Source of the DNA: a candidate division WOR-3 bacterium
Lineage (GTDB): Bacteria > Hydrothermota > Tepidihabitantia > B3-TA06
Length of the DNA: 64,000 nucleotides
Direction: 5' to 3'
Assembly (NCBI GenBank): GCA_965649265.1
Contig: CBFGKC010000001.1
Span: 190,613 to 254,612 of the forward strand
The notes beneath the pieces were generated by a model. That model did no database searches. It saw only the letters and a program-made list of their open reading frames with translations, and was not told the DNA's origin. Shown in pieces: positions 9,398 to 20,287 of this stretch. The number at the start of each line of letters is the position of its first letter. Position 1 is the stretch's first letter. The position numbers were made by a program, and so were the translations under genes.

Positions 9398-10498
9398 ATG
9401 AAACCCTTAATCGTAATAATCGGCTCAATCCTCACAGTATCTCTGGCTTATGCAGGACCCGACCTGGCCTGCGAGGCGGTACTCGAACCTCCAGGCGACT
9501 ACTGCCTTGCTGACTCTACAATCACGCCCAGGCTCAAGATATCCAACCTCGGCGACCAGGGGGCCTCGAACTTTTTTGTCAAGCTCGTAATAGTAGACCC
9601 CTGGCTGACTGGAGATACAGTGTATCTTGACAGCGTACACGTCGGATATATAGACGCATTACCAGATTATAAAGAAGTCGAGTTCCCGGAATGGACGCCT
9701 GAAGGTCATTGCGCCAAGCTTGCAGACGGCGGACCTTTCGTGGAATACGAGCTTTCGGGTATGGCATGCCTAGGCACAGACGCGGATTATTCAAACGACA
9801 CGCTCCGAAAAACATCAACTTGCTTGCTCGCTCATGATGTTGGGGTGACTGATCTCTTTTGTGACAAGGGCCCTACTCATCCCCCAGACTATTACGAACC
9901 GGGAACAGAGTTAATATTCACCGCCACGATTGAGAATTTTGGCTACGACCTTGAATATGATGTTCCTGTCAGATTGGAAATTTGGGACAAGAGCGCCGAA
10001 CCTGACACGGAAGTATACCAGAATATCCAACTCATATCAAAACTCAACTGGCGCGGAGATTCTCTAGGCGATCCATACACAGCCAATATCGTCTTTCCGG
10101 TCTTCAGGGTTCCTAGCTTCAAATGTTTTCAGATTACCTGCAAGACCGAGCTTGAAGAAGATATGTGTCCTGACGATGACATTGGTCCTCAGGGTAGGAT
10201 CAACGATCCGGGTGGTACGGAGGAAGATCTCAACAAACTTTCTTTTGCCCTTGGTTCAGTAATTCCAAATGATATTACGTTCACCCTCCCCCTCCCCATG
10301 TGGGTCCGCCTTGATGTCTACGACGCATCTGGTGGATTCATCCGCAATCTCTACAACGACCCGTGCCCGGCGGGTTCGCACTCGCTCTCATGGAACGGAA
10401 GAGACTCACGCGGGACAATGGTATCATCGGGTGCATATTTCATCAAGATGCAGGCGGGAACGTTTACCGCCTCGTCGAAACTCATTGTTATCAGATAG
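9398..10498 (+). CDS. Exported double-module protein with CTD (paralog 6)
   Basis: RBS GGAGGAG then ATG 9398; signal peptide ending AYA; same modules; FlgD-like tail WNGRD...SGAYFIKM...KLIVIR. Confidence 0.87.
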   Translation: MKPLIVIIGSILTVSLAYAGPDLACEAVLEPPGDYCLADSTITPRLKISNLGDQGASNFFVKLVIVDPWLTGDTVYLDSVHVGYIDALPDYKEVEFPEWTPEGHCAKLADGGPFVEYELSGMACLGTDADYSNDTLRKTSTCLLAHDVGVTDLFCDKGPTHPPDYYEPGTELIFTATIENFGYDLEYDVPVRLEIWDKSAEPDTEVYQNIQLISKLNWRGDSLGDPYTANIVFPVFRVPSFKCFQITCKTELEEDMCPDDDIGPQGRINDPGGTEEDLNKLSFALGSVIPNDITFTLPLPMWVRLDVYDASGGFIRNLYNDPCPAGSHSLSWNGRDSRGTMVSSGAYFIKMQAGTFTASSKLIVIR

Positions 10499-10578
10499 GG
10501 AGGAGAAATCAAAAAGGTCATATTGTTAAGACAGGATGAGTATTTCTAACGACTTCTATTATAGGGACTTATCCCGAC

Positions 10579-10606
10579 TTGACAGGAGGCTTTACGCGGT
10601 TAGAAT
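10579..10606 (+). promoter_or_regulatory. sigma-70-type promoter (N16)
   Basis: TTGACA-N16-TAGAAT. Confidence 0.75.
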
Positions 10607-10639
10607 ATCTAAAAGTGCAACCGATTTCAAGGAGGTTTC

Positions 10640-11812
10640 GTGAAGAAACTCGCGCTCCCCGTTCTGGGAGTATTGATTTTATCGTTATCAGTCTCAGCAA
10701 AAACAAACCTTTCGACGCTTGAAGAAAAAGTGGCCCGTCAGCCCAACAACGCACGCGCAGTCTATGAACTTACAAGAGAATACTGCAGGAATGACTCCGC
10801 CGTGCAGGCAATAGACAGCTGGAAACGTCTCGCCGCGCTCGACACGGTTCTCGCGGCGGATGTCTTTTTAAGAGCAAAGGTAGCAGTGTATCTGGGGCTC
10901 GAGCCCTTTTTCCCCGAGGTCATCTCGGATTCTTCTATGGAAGCCGCGCGGTTCAGCCAGGACGGAAAGAAGATTTGTTTTCAAGGTCTCTGGAACTCCC
11001 AGTTCAATGTGGGAACCATGAATACTTTTGGTGGCGGAGAGTTTCACTATATGACAAAAACGCAGGATGGATGCTACGGACCTTGTTTTGCAGGATCTTA
11101 CGATCGATTTCTCTACTTTCGCGACATACGGGGAGAAACCAGCGCCACAACCCAGCTCATTTATAACAATACCGCCGGGGCCGGCGAGGAAGTAATCTAT
11201 ACCAACCCTGTGCAAGGGCTCGAATCGCTTGACTGGATCTCCGATGACAAGCCTATTCTCTTTTCCTATATCTCAATAGATACAAAAACGTGGGAGATAG
11301 GTCTTTACGATAAAAATAAAGGCGAACTTAAAGAGCTTACGAAGAATTATTTCAGTGACAAGCACCCCAGGTACTCAAGCGACGGTAAATACATCGTGTA
11401 TATCGACGACAGGCTGATAGACTGGGAAATCCGCATAATGGACACGAAGGGAAAATTTGTCGAGAACGTGGCTCCTGGTTCGGGCAGGGATATGTTACCC
11501 GCTTTTGGTGCCAACGACAGTAAAGTAGTTTTTTGTTCGGATCGAAACGACGGGAAACAGTTCGACATTTTTGTTTATGACCGGAAGACCAAAGACGTGA
11601 TACCGGTCACGTACGATCCCGGCCAGGACGCTTTTCCCGATTTTTCAAAAGACGGCAACTGGATAGTTTTTACGTCAACCAGAGGTCAGGACGGTACGTC
11701 CAAGCCATATCTGGTTTCACTTAATCAACCCATCAGTATAGAAAGTTTATTGGGAAAGATAAACTCTAAAGAATCTCAAGAGGGAGGTTCTAATGGTACT
11801 CAATCACCGTAG
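10640..11812 (+). CDS. Exported TPR + PD40/TolB-like beta-propeller protein
   Basis: Signal peptide; helical TPR-like N-terminus (QPNNARAVYEL); repeated PxFSxDGxxIVF motifs. Confidence 0.85.
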   Translation: MKKLALPVLGVLILSLSVSAKTNLSTLEEKVARQPNNARAVYELTREYCRNDSAVQAIDSWKRLAALDTVLAADVFLRAKVAVYLGLEPFFPEVISDSSMEAARFSQDGKKICFQGLWNSQFNVGTMNTFGGGEFHYMTKTQDGCYGPCFAGSYDRFLYFRDIRGETSATTQLIYNNTAGAGEEVIYTNPVQGLESLDWISDDKPILFSYISIDTKTWEIGLYDKNKGELKELTKNYFSDKHPRYSSDGKYIVYIDDRLIDWEIRIMDTKGKFVENVAPGSGRDMLPAFGANDSKVVFCSDRNDGKQFDIFVYDRKTKDVIPVTYDPGQDAFPDFSKDGNWIVFTSTRGQDGTSKPYLVSLNQPISIESLLGKINSKESQEGGSNGTQSP

Positions 11813-14800
11813 GCGAGCCGGATTTGCGGTAATTTCTTTTCTGGCTCTTTTAGTCCCCGGGTTAGTGTTTGCTAACCAGCTTAGGTTTCAACTTGAGCTT
11901 GTACCGTCGGAAATAAATCTGAGGAGTAGTCGAGGATACACCGAGATTGGATTTGAAGGGGCGCGCTATCTTGCCGAACCGGGTTTTCCGTGGGTTCCTT
12001 TCATGACAAAGCAATATGTCTTGCCCGCAGGGACGCGCGTTAAATCAGTGAGACTTGAAGTGTTGAAGCGCAGTAATATTACTCTTACCACGCCGGTATA
12101 TCCGGCGCAGCCTTTAAGACCTATAAGCGTTTCAAAACAAGTCGAATTCGTTGACCCGGATTTAGATGTATACTCGTCTCGCGAATATCAACCCGACTTT
12201 GGAGCGGTACTTCTTTACGAGGGGGTGCTTGACGGAATCAGAATTGCAGATGTGGCAGTTCATCCAATTCGTTACGTCCCGGGCTTGAATCAATTAGAGG
12301 TTGCCGAAAAGATGCTTCTCGTTATTGACTGCGAGAACGACCCGTCATACATCCCCCGATCGTATCTGTCAAATAACCAGAGGGAAAATCTTTCTGAACG
12401 TCTTGAAAGCATCGCAGATAACCCAGAGAATATCTATGTAGGTTCGAATTACTCCGCACTCCCCAAGGAATACAGGCACGCAATACTCACAACTTCCACT
12501 CTCAAAACGGCTTTTCAACCTCTTGCGACCTGGAACACCAGGAGAGGGGTAAGAGACACAATCGTTACACTCGAGAACATGGCCTCATACCAGGGCTCGG
12601 ACATGGCGGAAAAAATCCGCAACTTCGTCATATTCGCCCACGAGAACTGGGGGCTTGAATATTTCCTTATAGGAGGTGACGCAACTCTCATTCCCACAAG
12701 GGATTGCTTCGTCACAGGGGTTGACGGCAACCACTATGACACCATTCCGACTGATATGTATTTCGGATGTCTTAACGGGGACTGGGACGCGAACAACAAC
12801 GGTGTTTACGGCGAAATGAGCGATAATGCCGATTTGTTGGCAGAGGTGGCGGTAGGACGCATCAGCGTTACAGATGTCGCCCAGGTAACGGAATTCGTGA
12901 ATAAGGTTATCAGGTACGAAACCAATCCGCCGGAAGACTATTCCCACAAACTAATGCTGCCTTCAGAAGTGTTGTGGACCGATCCATATTATCCGGGCGA
13001 TAGAACTAACGACTCAATCGCGTTTTTTGCGCCCTCAGGCACCATGGTTGAAAAGCTTTACGAGACGAGTGGAAAGCTGTCGAGTTCGATTATGAGGGAC
13101 TCCATTAACGCCGGAGTCGGCCTGGCTCATCAGATGGCTCACGGCAACATATGGGTTATTTCCGCCGCCTCGGATTACTTTACTTCGGTAATGGCCAGTG
13201 AATTAGTCAACGGCACCAAAGTCGCCGTATACAGTTCCATAGCATGTCTTGTAGGTGCGTTCGACTACAACTCCTGTCTGGTCGAGGAATTCCAGGCAGC
13301 GCCCGGAGGCGGTACCGTGGCCTGGGTGGGCAACTCGCGGTACGGGTGGGGAATGCCGCCTTATCAAGGGCCGTCTGAGGATCTCGATATTTCTTTCTTC
13401 AAGTCGATCTACGGGCAAGCGAATCCCAGCGTGGGCGATGCCCTGGTTGATGCCAAGGATGCAAACGTGGAAAACTGGGGAGGAATGGATGTGGGAGCAT
13501 GGTGTATATATGAATTGAATTTGCATGGAGATCCGGCCATGCCCGTTCACTACCGGGAGATTTCGGAATTCACAGTAGATTATCCTGACCTTGTTGTCGA
13601 AGGTTCGCAGGGGTTTCCCGTAAAAGTCACATCCCAGGCAGGATATCCTGTAAACGGGATGCTTGTTTGTGCCAGGCAGGGTAATTCAATGTATGCATGG
13701 GCCAAGACCAATTCGAGCGGCGACGCGGTTCTCAATATCAGTCCAGCGGTGGGGATAATGAGTCTTTCCGTAAGCGGATCCAATCACAAATTCTGGAGTA
13801 ATGACGGAATTGTCGTGGGCCCCAGAATTCCACAGATAGTGCTCACGCCCGATACGGTATGGATAGATACCAAAACGCAATCACTCAACTCCAGTTTTCG
13901 TATAATTAATTCGGGAACCGATACCTTGATAATAAGCAGTATTGCACCCTATAACTCGCCGTGGATAGGTTCGCTTTCCTCAACCCAGGCCAAAATTTTG
14001 CCCGACGGTTATTTAATAGTCACTTTCGCGGCGGATACTGCAGGATTGAGTGACAACATTTACTCAGGCGCGATTCAAATACTGAGCAATGACCCCTCTT
14101 CCCCTTCTAATGAACCCGTCAAGCTCATAAAGGGCGACTGGCCTGATATCGATATCAATCCGTCGGAGCTCGTGTTTGATATGCCTGCCGGCGGGGAACT
14201 TGAGGATTACTCCACTATCTATAATAAAGGCAGGGCCGAGCTCGTTGTATCCGGAGCAACCACATCCACCGCATGGATTTCAGGGTTTGAGCCGAAGGAT
14301 TTCAATCTTGCTGCCGGTGATTCAACAACCCTCGATGTGGTGATAGATACCACCGGTATGGGGTTCGGAACTTTTGACGGGAAAATCACGTTTCCGACAA
14401 ACGATCCGGATGAGAATCCGAAACAATACATGGTGCGCCTTGTCATGGGTGAACCGGACATTAAAACCTCTCCCGATACCCTTGATTTCTTTGTTTCCTA
14501 TGAAACTCCCACAAGGAACGTAACAAGCGCCAACATGACCGTAAAAAATCAGGGAAACCGGCCGCTTTTCGTATCAAACATGGTCCCATCTACTCAGTGG
14601 ATTGAGATTGCAGAGCCAAAGGCGTTTGAATTGTCACCGCAATCGTCTAAAACCGTGAAAGTTTCAGTAAACCCCCAGGATCTCAGGCAGGGTGTCTACA
14701 ACGCTTACATAACCGTTTCCTCGAACGATCTGGATGAGCCTTCAAAAAGAGTTCCGGTTCTTCTTCTTATCGAGGAGTCGCCTCCCAAGATCGCTTGCGC

Positions 14801-15386
14801 TCCTGATACAGTGATCGTCGACAGGGAAACGATGCACGGCTATTTCTGGGTACAAAATAGCGGAATGCGCGACTTGATTGTCTCCAACATTTCGTCGGAG
14901 ACCCCCTGGATATACGGGGCATGGCCGAAAGGATTTACCGTAAGGGGACAGGACAGCGCCCAGGTTACGGTCATTGGTGATCCCTCAAAAATTTCAAGCG
15001 GGCCTAAGGTTGGAGCAATAAAAATCGTATCAAACGATACTCATGATCCTCAAAAGACTCTTCCGGTCAGGATAGGGGCGTCATCCGCCGTCGCCGAGGG
15101 TGTGCCGAAGGTTTTCGAGTTGTCTCAGGTATCTCCCAATCCCGCATCGGGACGATGCCTCGTGAGCTATGCTGCCCCGCGTGAAGCAGATGTACTTCTT
15201 GCCGTGTACGATGTTTCGGGCAAGAGAGTGAAGGTTATCGAAAGAGGCAAGGTTGTGCCCGGTTATTACCATTATCTCTGGACTGGTGAAGATGATCTCG
15301 GGAGAGCTCTTCCGCAAGGCGTATACCTCATAAGAATGGAAAGTCCCGATTACAAGGCGACCCAGAGAATTATTCTTTTACGCTGA
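11793..15386 (+). CDS. Gingipain-like peptidase C25 with propeptide, Ig-like repeats and CTD
   Basis: C25 propeptide-like N-terminus (PGFPWVP), LIGGD, TDMYF, VGRI, catalytic AHG and SIAC, LHGDPA; about five NxG...SND Ig repeats; PNP...VYDVSG...GVY tail. Confidence 0.9.
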   Translation: MVLNHRRRAGFAVISFLALLVPGLVFANQLRFQLELVPSEINLRSSRGYTEIGFEGARYLAEPGFPWVPFMTKQYVLPAGTRVKSVRLEVLKRSNITLTTPVYPAQPLRPISVSKQVEFVDPDLDVYSSREYQPDFGAVLLYEGVLDGIRIADVAVHPIRYVPGLNQLEVAEKMLLVIDCENDPSYIPRSYLSNNQRENLSERLESIADNPENIYVGSNYSALPKEYRHAILTTSTLKTAFQPLATWNTRRGVRDTIVTLENMASYQGSDMAEKIRNFVIFAHENWGLEYFLIGGDATLIPTRDCFVTGVDGNHYDTIPTDMYFGCLNGDWDANNNGVYGEMSDNADLLAEVAVGRISVTDVAQVTEFVNKVIRYETNPPEDYSHKLMLPSEVLWTDPYYPGDRTNDSIAFFAPSGTMVEKLYETSGKLSSSIMRDSINAGVGLAHQMAHGNIWVISAASDYFTSVMASELVNGTKVAVYSSIACLVGAFDYNSCLVEEFQAAPGGGTVAWVGNSRYGWGMPPYQGPSEDLDISFFKSIYGQANPSVGDALVDAKDANVENWGGMDVGAWCIYELNLHGDPAMPVHYREISEFTVDYPDLVVEGSQGFPVKVTSQAGYPVNGMLVCARQGNSMYAWAKTNSSGDAVLNISPAVGIMSLSVSGSNHKFWSNDGIVVGPRIPQIVLTPDTVWIDTKTQSLNSSFRIINSGTDTLIISSIAPYNSPWIGSLSSTQAKILPDGYLIVTFAADTAGLSDNIYSGAIQILSNDPSSPSNEPVKLIKGDWPDIDINPSELVFDMPAGGELEDYSTIYNKGRAELVVSGATTSTAWISGFEPKDFNLAAGDSTTLDVVIDTTGMGFGTFDGKITFPTNDPDENPKQYMVRLVMGEPDIKTSPDTLDFFVSYETPTRNVTSANMTVKNQGNRPLFVSNMVPSTQWIEIAEPKAFELSPQSSKTVKVSVNPQDLRQGVYNAYITVSSNDLDEPSKRVPVLLLIEESPPKIACAPDTVIVDRETMHGYFWVQNSGMRDLIVSNISSETPWIYGAWPKGFTVRGQDSAQVTVIGDPSKISSGPKVGAIKIVSNDTHDPQKTLPVRIGASSAVAEGVPKVFELSQVSPNPASGRCLVSYAAPREADVLLAVYDVSGKRVKVIERGKVVPGYYHYLWTGEDDLGRALPQGVYLIRMESPDYKATQRIILLR

Positions 15387-15459
15387 GAGGTAAAAAAACC
15401 GCAAAGCCTGATCGCAAACAGATCCGGCAGCGACAATGGTTAGAGGAGAACTTGTTAGG

Positions 15460-15488
15460 TTGACACAGAGGCCGTTTCCGAGTATCCT
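15460..15488 (+). promoter_or_regulatory. sigma-70-type promoter (N17)
   Basis: TTGACA-N17-TATCCT upstream of sucC. Confidence 0.6.
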
Positions 15489-15508
15489 TAAAGCCACCAA
15501 GGATAAAA

Positions 15509-16651
15509 GTGAAATTACTGGAATATCAAGCTAAGGATTTTTTCAACAAGGCTGGGATACCAACCCCAAGAGAAAAGCTCGTGCTTACGAAAGCCGAAGC
15601 ATTGATAGCTGCAAAGGAGCTGGGCCTGCCTTGCGTGCTTAAGGCACAAGTAGGAGTCGGTGGACGTGGAAAGGCGGGAGGCGTTAAACTGGCCAAGACA
15701 AACCAAGAGGTCGAAAAGTATGCCGAAGCTATCATCGGCATGGATATTAAGGGCGAACGCGTCGAGCGTCTCCTCTGCTCCGAAGCCGTCGACTTCAAAA
15801 CCGAGTTCTATGCGAGCTTCACGACCGACCGTGCGAATCGCAAGCTTGTCATGATGGTTTCGCCAGCCGGCGGTGTAGACATCGAAGAAGTCGCGCGCAA
15901 AACGCCCGAGCGTATCCTCAAAATTCCCGTAGATCCCCTTATCGGCCTTGCATCTTATCAAACTCGCAATGCGGCTTCCTTCCTCTCAAAAGATACCGAG
16001 ATTCAAAAGCAGATCGTCACAGTTCTTACCAAGCTTTATGCGATGTATGAGAAAAACGACCTTTCGCTTGCGGAGATAAACCCGCTCGTCGTAACGTCCG
16101 ACGGTAAGGTGATCGCCCTTGACGCTAAAGTCATCATCGACGACAATGCCTTGTTCCGTCACCCGGATTTTGAGACCTACAGGATTCTTTCTCCCGACGA
16201 AGCGCTCGAGGAAGAGGCAAAGTCAAAAGGGCTGTCTTACATCAAACTGTCGGGCAGCGTGGGCTGTATCGTGAACGGCGCCGGCCTCGCCATGGCCACG
16301 ATGGACCTCATCAAACATTTCGACGGAGAACCTGCCAACTTCCTTGACGTCGGCGGGTCATCCTCTCCTCAAAAGATGCTGGCTGCAATCGATCTCGTGA
16401 CACGCGACCCGAACGTAAAAGCAGTATTCGTCAACATCTTCGGCGGAATCACACGCTGCGACGATATCGCCAGGGGCCTTCTTGAAGCGATCACCGCGAA
16501 CCCCCTCCCCCTCCCTGTTGTCGTGAGGCTCACCGGAACCAACGAACAGGAAGCCCTCAAGATGCTGGAAGGCACTTCCTTCATCCCCGCAATCGACATG
16601 GCCGACGGCGCAAAAAAAGCGATAAACTCTGCAAAGGGAAAGGGTCGCTGA
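15509..16651 (+). CDS. sucC: Succinyl-CoA synthetase beta subunit
   Basis: [44 protein letters not shown]. Confidence 0.97.
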   Translation: MKLLEYQAKDFFNKAGIPTPREKLVLTKAEALIAAKELGLPCVLKAQVGVGGRGKAGGVKLAKTNQEVEKYAEAIIGMDIKGERVERLLCSEAVDFKTEFYASFTTDRANRKLVMMVSPAGGVDIEEVARKTPERILKIPVDPLIGLASYQTRNAASFLSKDTEIQKQIVTVLTKLYAMYEKNDLSLAEINPLVVTSDGKVIALDAKVIIDDNALFRHPDFETYRILSPDEALEEEAKSKGLSYIKLSGSVGCIVNGAGLAMATMDLIKHFDGEPANFLDVGGSSSPQKMLAAIDLVTRDPNVKAVFVNIFGGITRCDDIARGLLEAITANPLPLPVVVRLTGTNEQEALKMLEGTSFIPAIDMADGAKKAINSAKGKGR

Positions 16652-17520
16652 TGGCTATTTTTGTAGATAAGGATACTAAAGTACTGGTTCAAGGCATCAC
16701 CGGTCGCGACGGTCTTTTTCACGCCGTCAAAATGAGGGAGTACGGCACTCAAGTAGTCGGAGGAGTCACACCCGGCAAGGGCGGGCAAACGTTCGAGGGC
16801 TTTCACGTTTTCGACTCAATGCACGAAGCAGTCGGTAAAACCGGCGCCGACACATCCATCATCTTCGTACCCGAACGGTTCGCGAGGGATGCAATAATTG
16901 AGGCCGCCGACTCAGGCATAAAACTCGTCGTCTGTATCACTGAGGGTGTACCGGTATTCGACATGCTAAAGGTCGTAAGCTATCTTTCAAAACTCGGGAC
17001 TAAACTGATCGGACCCAACTGCCCCGGAGTGATCTCCCCCGGAAAGGCAAAAGTCGGCATCCTGCCCGGTCACATCTTCAAGGAGGGAGGGGTCGGCGTC
17101 GTTTCGCGTTCAGGCACTCTCACCTACGAACTCGTGAGTCACATAACGAACGCAGGACTCGGCCAGTCCACATGCGTGGGGATAGGCGGAGATCCCGTAA
17201 TAGGCTCCAACTTCCTCGACGTGCTCAAACTCTTTCGCGATGACCCCGAGACGCAAGCTGTCGCCCTCGTCGGAGAAATAGGAGGTTCAGACGAGGAGGA
17301 GGCGGCGCGATTCATAAAGGAAGAGCTGGGGAAACCCGCCGTCGCTTTCATTGCAGGCAGAACCGCACCCAAGGGAAAGCGCATGGGTCATGCAGGTGCA
17401 ATAATCTCGGGTTCAAGCGGAACTGCCGAGGAAAAAGTTGCGGCTCTAACGGCAGCGGGGATTCCTGTTGCGGGTGAACCCCGGGAAATAGCTTCTCTTC
17501 TCAAGGAAGTAATCAAATGA
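16651..17520 (+). CDS. sucD: Succinyl-CoA synthetase alpha subunit
   Basis: [29 protein letters not shown] (phospho-His). Confidence 0.97.
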   Translation: MAIFVDKDTKVLVQGITGRDGLFHAVKMREYGTQVVGGVTPGKGGQTFEGFHVFDSMHEAVGKTGADTSIIFVPERFARDAIIEAADSGIKLVVCITEGVPVFDMLKVVSYLSKLGTKLIGPNCPGVISPGKAKVGILPGHIFKEGGVGVVSRSGTLTYELVSHITNAGLGQSTCVGIGGDPVIGSNFLDVLKLFRDDPETQAVALVGEIGGSDEEEAARFIKEELGKPAVAFIAGRTAPKGKRMGHAGAIISGSSGTAEEKVAALTAAGIPVAGEPREIASLLKEVIK

Positions 17521-17768
17521 AACTTAATCGTAAGAATTTTGAGTCCACTGTTACAGAAGAGCCGAGAGGATCGATTAAGATCTACAAAGGCCTCTGCAAG
17601 GGCTGTGAGATATGCGTTTCACTTTGCCCGAAGGGGATTCTAGCCATCGATGACGACTTGAAGGTTCACGTGGTAAATCCCAAGGATTGCATTGTGTGCA
17701 TGATGTGCGAGTGGCACTGTCCCGACTTTGCCATCTTCATAGAGAAGAAGGAGTCTGTAAAATCATGA
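17517..17768 (+). CDS. korD: 2[4Fe-4S] ferredoxin, 2-oxoacid:ferredoxin oxidoreductase delta subunit
   Basis: [12 protein letters not shown] and [16 protein letters not shown]; first gene of the kor cluster. Confidence 0.85.
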   Translation: MKLNRKNFESTVTEEPRGSIKIYKGLCKGCEICVSLCPKGILAIDDDLKVHVVNPKDCIVCMMCEWHCPDFAIFIEKKESVKS

Positions 17769-18913
17769 GCAAGGCCAAATCCCAGAAATCCGCAGGCACC
17801 GAAACGGCTGTCCGGAGAAGGCTGGTTTCAGGTAATGAGGCGTGCGCCGAGGCCGCGATTGCGGCAGGAGTGCGGTTTTTCGCGGGTTATCCGATTACTC
17901 CCTCCACAGAGGTTGCCGAGAGAATGGCCGAAGAGTTGCCCAAGCTCGGAGGAATGTTCATCCAGATGGAGGATGAAATAGCGAGCATAATGGCCATTGT
18001 AGGCGCATCGGCCGCAGGTGTCCCCTCGATGACCGCAACGTCCGGGCCCGGCTTCTCACTCATGCAGGAGGGACTCGGTTACGCCGCGATAACGGAGGTT
18101 CCGATAGTCCTCGTGAACGTGATGCGAGGCGGACCGGCAACAGGCCTTCCCACGAAAGGCGCTCAGGGCGATTTCCAGCAGGCGCGCTGGGGTACTCACG
18201 GGGATCATCCAGTCGTAGTGCTCACTCCCAGAGGTGTCGAGGAGTGTTTCAAGCTTACGGTTAGGGCGGTAGATATTTCCGAAAGACTCAGGGTGCCCGT
18301 GATTGTGCTGACGGACGAATTCGTCGGGCACATGAGAGAGATAGTAACGCTTCCTGATAAGGTCGAGGTTTACCACAGACAGCGACCCAGAGTTACGCCT
18401 GAAGAGTATCTGCATTACTCCGACGATAACAGCTTTAACGCGCCTTATGCCAGCTTCGGCGACGGGTATTCAATACATCTTACGGGTCTTACCCACCGTC
18501 AGGACGGCTTTCCTATAAACGATGCAGCATCCATAGCGTGGAACAACGAAAGACTGCGCCGCAAGATAGAGGACAACCTTGCATTCCTTGAAGACAACTT
18601 CATTGATGACGATCCTGAAGCGGATACGTTGATTGTCGCATTCGGTTCCTCCGCACGAAGCGCTTACGAGGCAAAACTTCTATGGGATAAGCCTCTCGCG
18701 TACATTCGTCTCCTCACGGTCTGGCCGTTTCCGGATGCAACTGTAAGAAGACTTGCCCATGGCCGCAAGCGTGTTCTCGTCCCCGAAATGAACGACGGGC
18801 AGTTCTGCCGAGAGGTGGAACGCTGTATCGATTCCAGGGTCGAGCTTGTTTCAGTAAAACGCAACGACGGCTCAATGCTTACACCACAAGAAGTACTGGA
18901 GGCTTTAAGATGA
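17765..18913 (+). CDS. korA: 2-oxoacid:ferredoxin oxidoreductase alpha subunit
   Basis: GNEA, GYPITPSTE, QMEDEIAS, TATSGPGFSLM, RGGP; ATG overlaps the korD stop. Confidence 0.92.
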   Translation: MSKAKSQKSAGTETAVRRRLVSGNEACAEAAIAAGVRFFAGYPITPSTEVAERMAEELPKLGGMFIQMEDEIASIMAIVGASAAGVPSMTATSGPGFSLMQEGLGYAAITEVPIVLVNVMRGGPATGLPTKGAQGDFQQARWGTHGDHPVVVLTPRGVEECFKLTVRAVDISERLRVPVIVLTDEFVGHMREIVTLPDKVEVYHRQRPRVTPEEYLHYSDDNSFNAPYASFGDGYSIHLTGLTHRQDGFPINDAASIAWNNERLRRKIEDNLAFLEDNFIDDDPEADTLIVAFGSSARSAYEAKLLWDKPLAYIRLLTVWPFPDATVRRLAHGRKRVLVPEMNDGQFCREVERCIDSRVELVSVKRNDGSMLTPQEVLEALR

Positions 18914-19752
18914 GTTCCAGCCCTTCCTCAGCTGTACCTAAAATCCATTCCTATCTCAGGATGGACGACAGATTCCCGCATGTCTGGTGTCCCGGCTGCG
19001 GGATAGGTATCATGTTCGGCGCTCTGATCCGCGCGATAGATGATCTCAAAATTCCGCGTGAGAAAATGGTTCTTGCTTCCGGAATAGGATGCACGTCAAG
19101 AATGCCGGGTTATCTTGATTCGGATACGTTCCACGTGCTCCACGGTCGCTCTCTTGCCGCCGCCGCAGGCGTCAAGCTGGCGCGCCCCGACATGGAAGTC
19201 GTCGCCGTGGGCGGTGACGGGGATATGCTTGCAATTGGTGGGAACCACTTCATCCACGCTGCGAGACGGAATGTAGGAATCACCTGCATCGTACTCAACA
19301 ACTACACCTACGGAATGACCGGAGGTCAGCAGTCTCCTACCACACCAGAGGATATGTTTGCCTCGACCGCTCCCTACGGTGTCATCGACGAACCTGCGGA
19401 CGCGTGTTCTCTTGCCGCCGCCGCAGGGGCCGCATTCGTTGCCCGCACAACCGTTTTCAACTACGTTCAACTGGAGCGATTCATAAAAAGGGCTATCTCT
19501 CACAAGGGCTTTCGTCTTGTCGAGGTCGCGGCGCAGTGCCCCACGTTGTTCGGACGCATGAATCGCATGGGCAGCCCGAAGGACCTTCTGAATTGGATAA
19601 AGGATCGTACGGTCAGCATCGAGACGGCAGCCAAGATGAACAAGGTCGAGTTAGAGAATCGCATCGTCACCGGCGTATTCGTGGACAGGGATGTTGAGAG
19701 TTACCATGAGCGCTATCAACGTTTGATAGAGAAGGTGAAACATGCGGACTGA
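18910..19752 (+). CDS. korB: 2-oxoacid:ferredoxin oxidoreductase beta subunit (TPP-binding)
   Basis: WCPGCG, SGIGC, LHGR, GDGD...NN, YGMTGGQ. Confidence 0.92.
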   Translation: MSSSPSSAVPKIHSYLRMDDRFPHVWCPGCGIGIMFGALIRAIDDLKIPREKMVLASGIGCTSRMPGYLDSDTFHVLHGRSLAAAAGVKLARPDMEVVAVGGDGDMLAIGGNHFIHAARRNVGITCIVLNNYTYGMTGGQQSPTTPEDMFASTAPYGVIDEPADACSLAAAAGAAFVARTTVFNYVQLERFIKRAISHKGFRLVEVAAQCPTLFGRMNRMGSPKDLLNWIKDRTVSIETAAKMNKVELENRIVTGVFVDRDVESYHERYQRLIEKVKHAD

Positions 19753-20287
19753 GGTCAGACTTTCCGGCAGGGGGGGGCAGGGTCTCATCCTTTCGGGTAT
19801 TATACTCGCCGAGGCTTGCGGTGTATACGAGAACAAGGAGGTTGTCCAGACACAAAGTTACGGTCCCGAAGCGCGCGGCGGTGCGTCTCGCTCAGAGGTA
19901 GTAATTTCCGAAAACCAGATACGGTATCCATACGCATATGACCCGGACATACTGGTCGCTCTTTCCCAGCCTGCATTCGACAGATTCGCACCGTCCATGA
20001 AAAAGGATGGACTCATCTTTGCCGATTCCTTCTACGTTCATACCGACCGCAAGGACGTCGTGCTGGCGCCGTTTTCCGAAACCGCACGTGCGGAGTTGGG
20101 ACGCGAAGTCGTGGCCAACATAGTTATGTTAGGTGCTCTCTCCTCAACAACCAGGATTGTTACCCTCGATTCGTTAAAAAAGGCTATCACGCACCGCGTG
20201 CGCAGCGTCTTTCTCGAATTGAATCTCAAGGCGCTTGATGCCGGTTACAAACTTGGTGGGGAGATATGGAAAAAACGCTCCTCTTAA
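19742..20287 (+). CDS. korC: 2-oxoacid:ferredoxin oxidoreductase gamma subunit
   Basis: GRGGQG, QSYGPEARGG, NIVMLGA. Confidence 0.9.
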   Translation: MRTEVRLSGRGGQGLILSGIILAEACGVYENKEVVQTQSYGPEARGGASRSEVVISENQIRYPYAYDPDILVALSQPAFDRFAPSMKKDGLIFADSFYVHTDRKDVVLAPFSETARAELGREVVANIVMLGALSSTTRIVTLDSLKKAITHRVRSVFLELNLKALDAGYKLGGEIWKKRSS

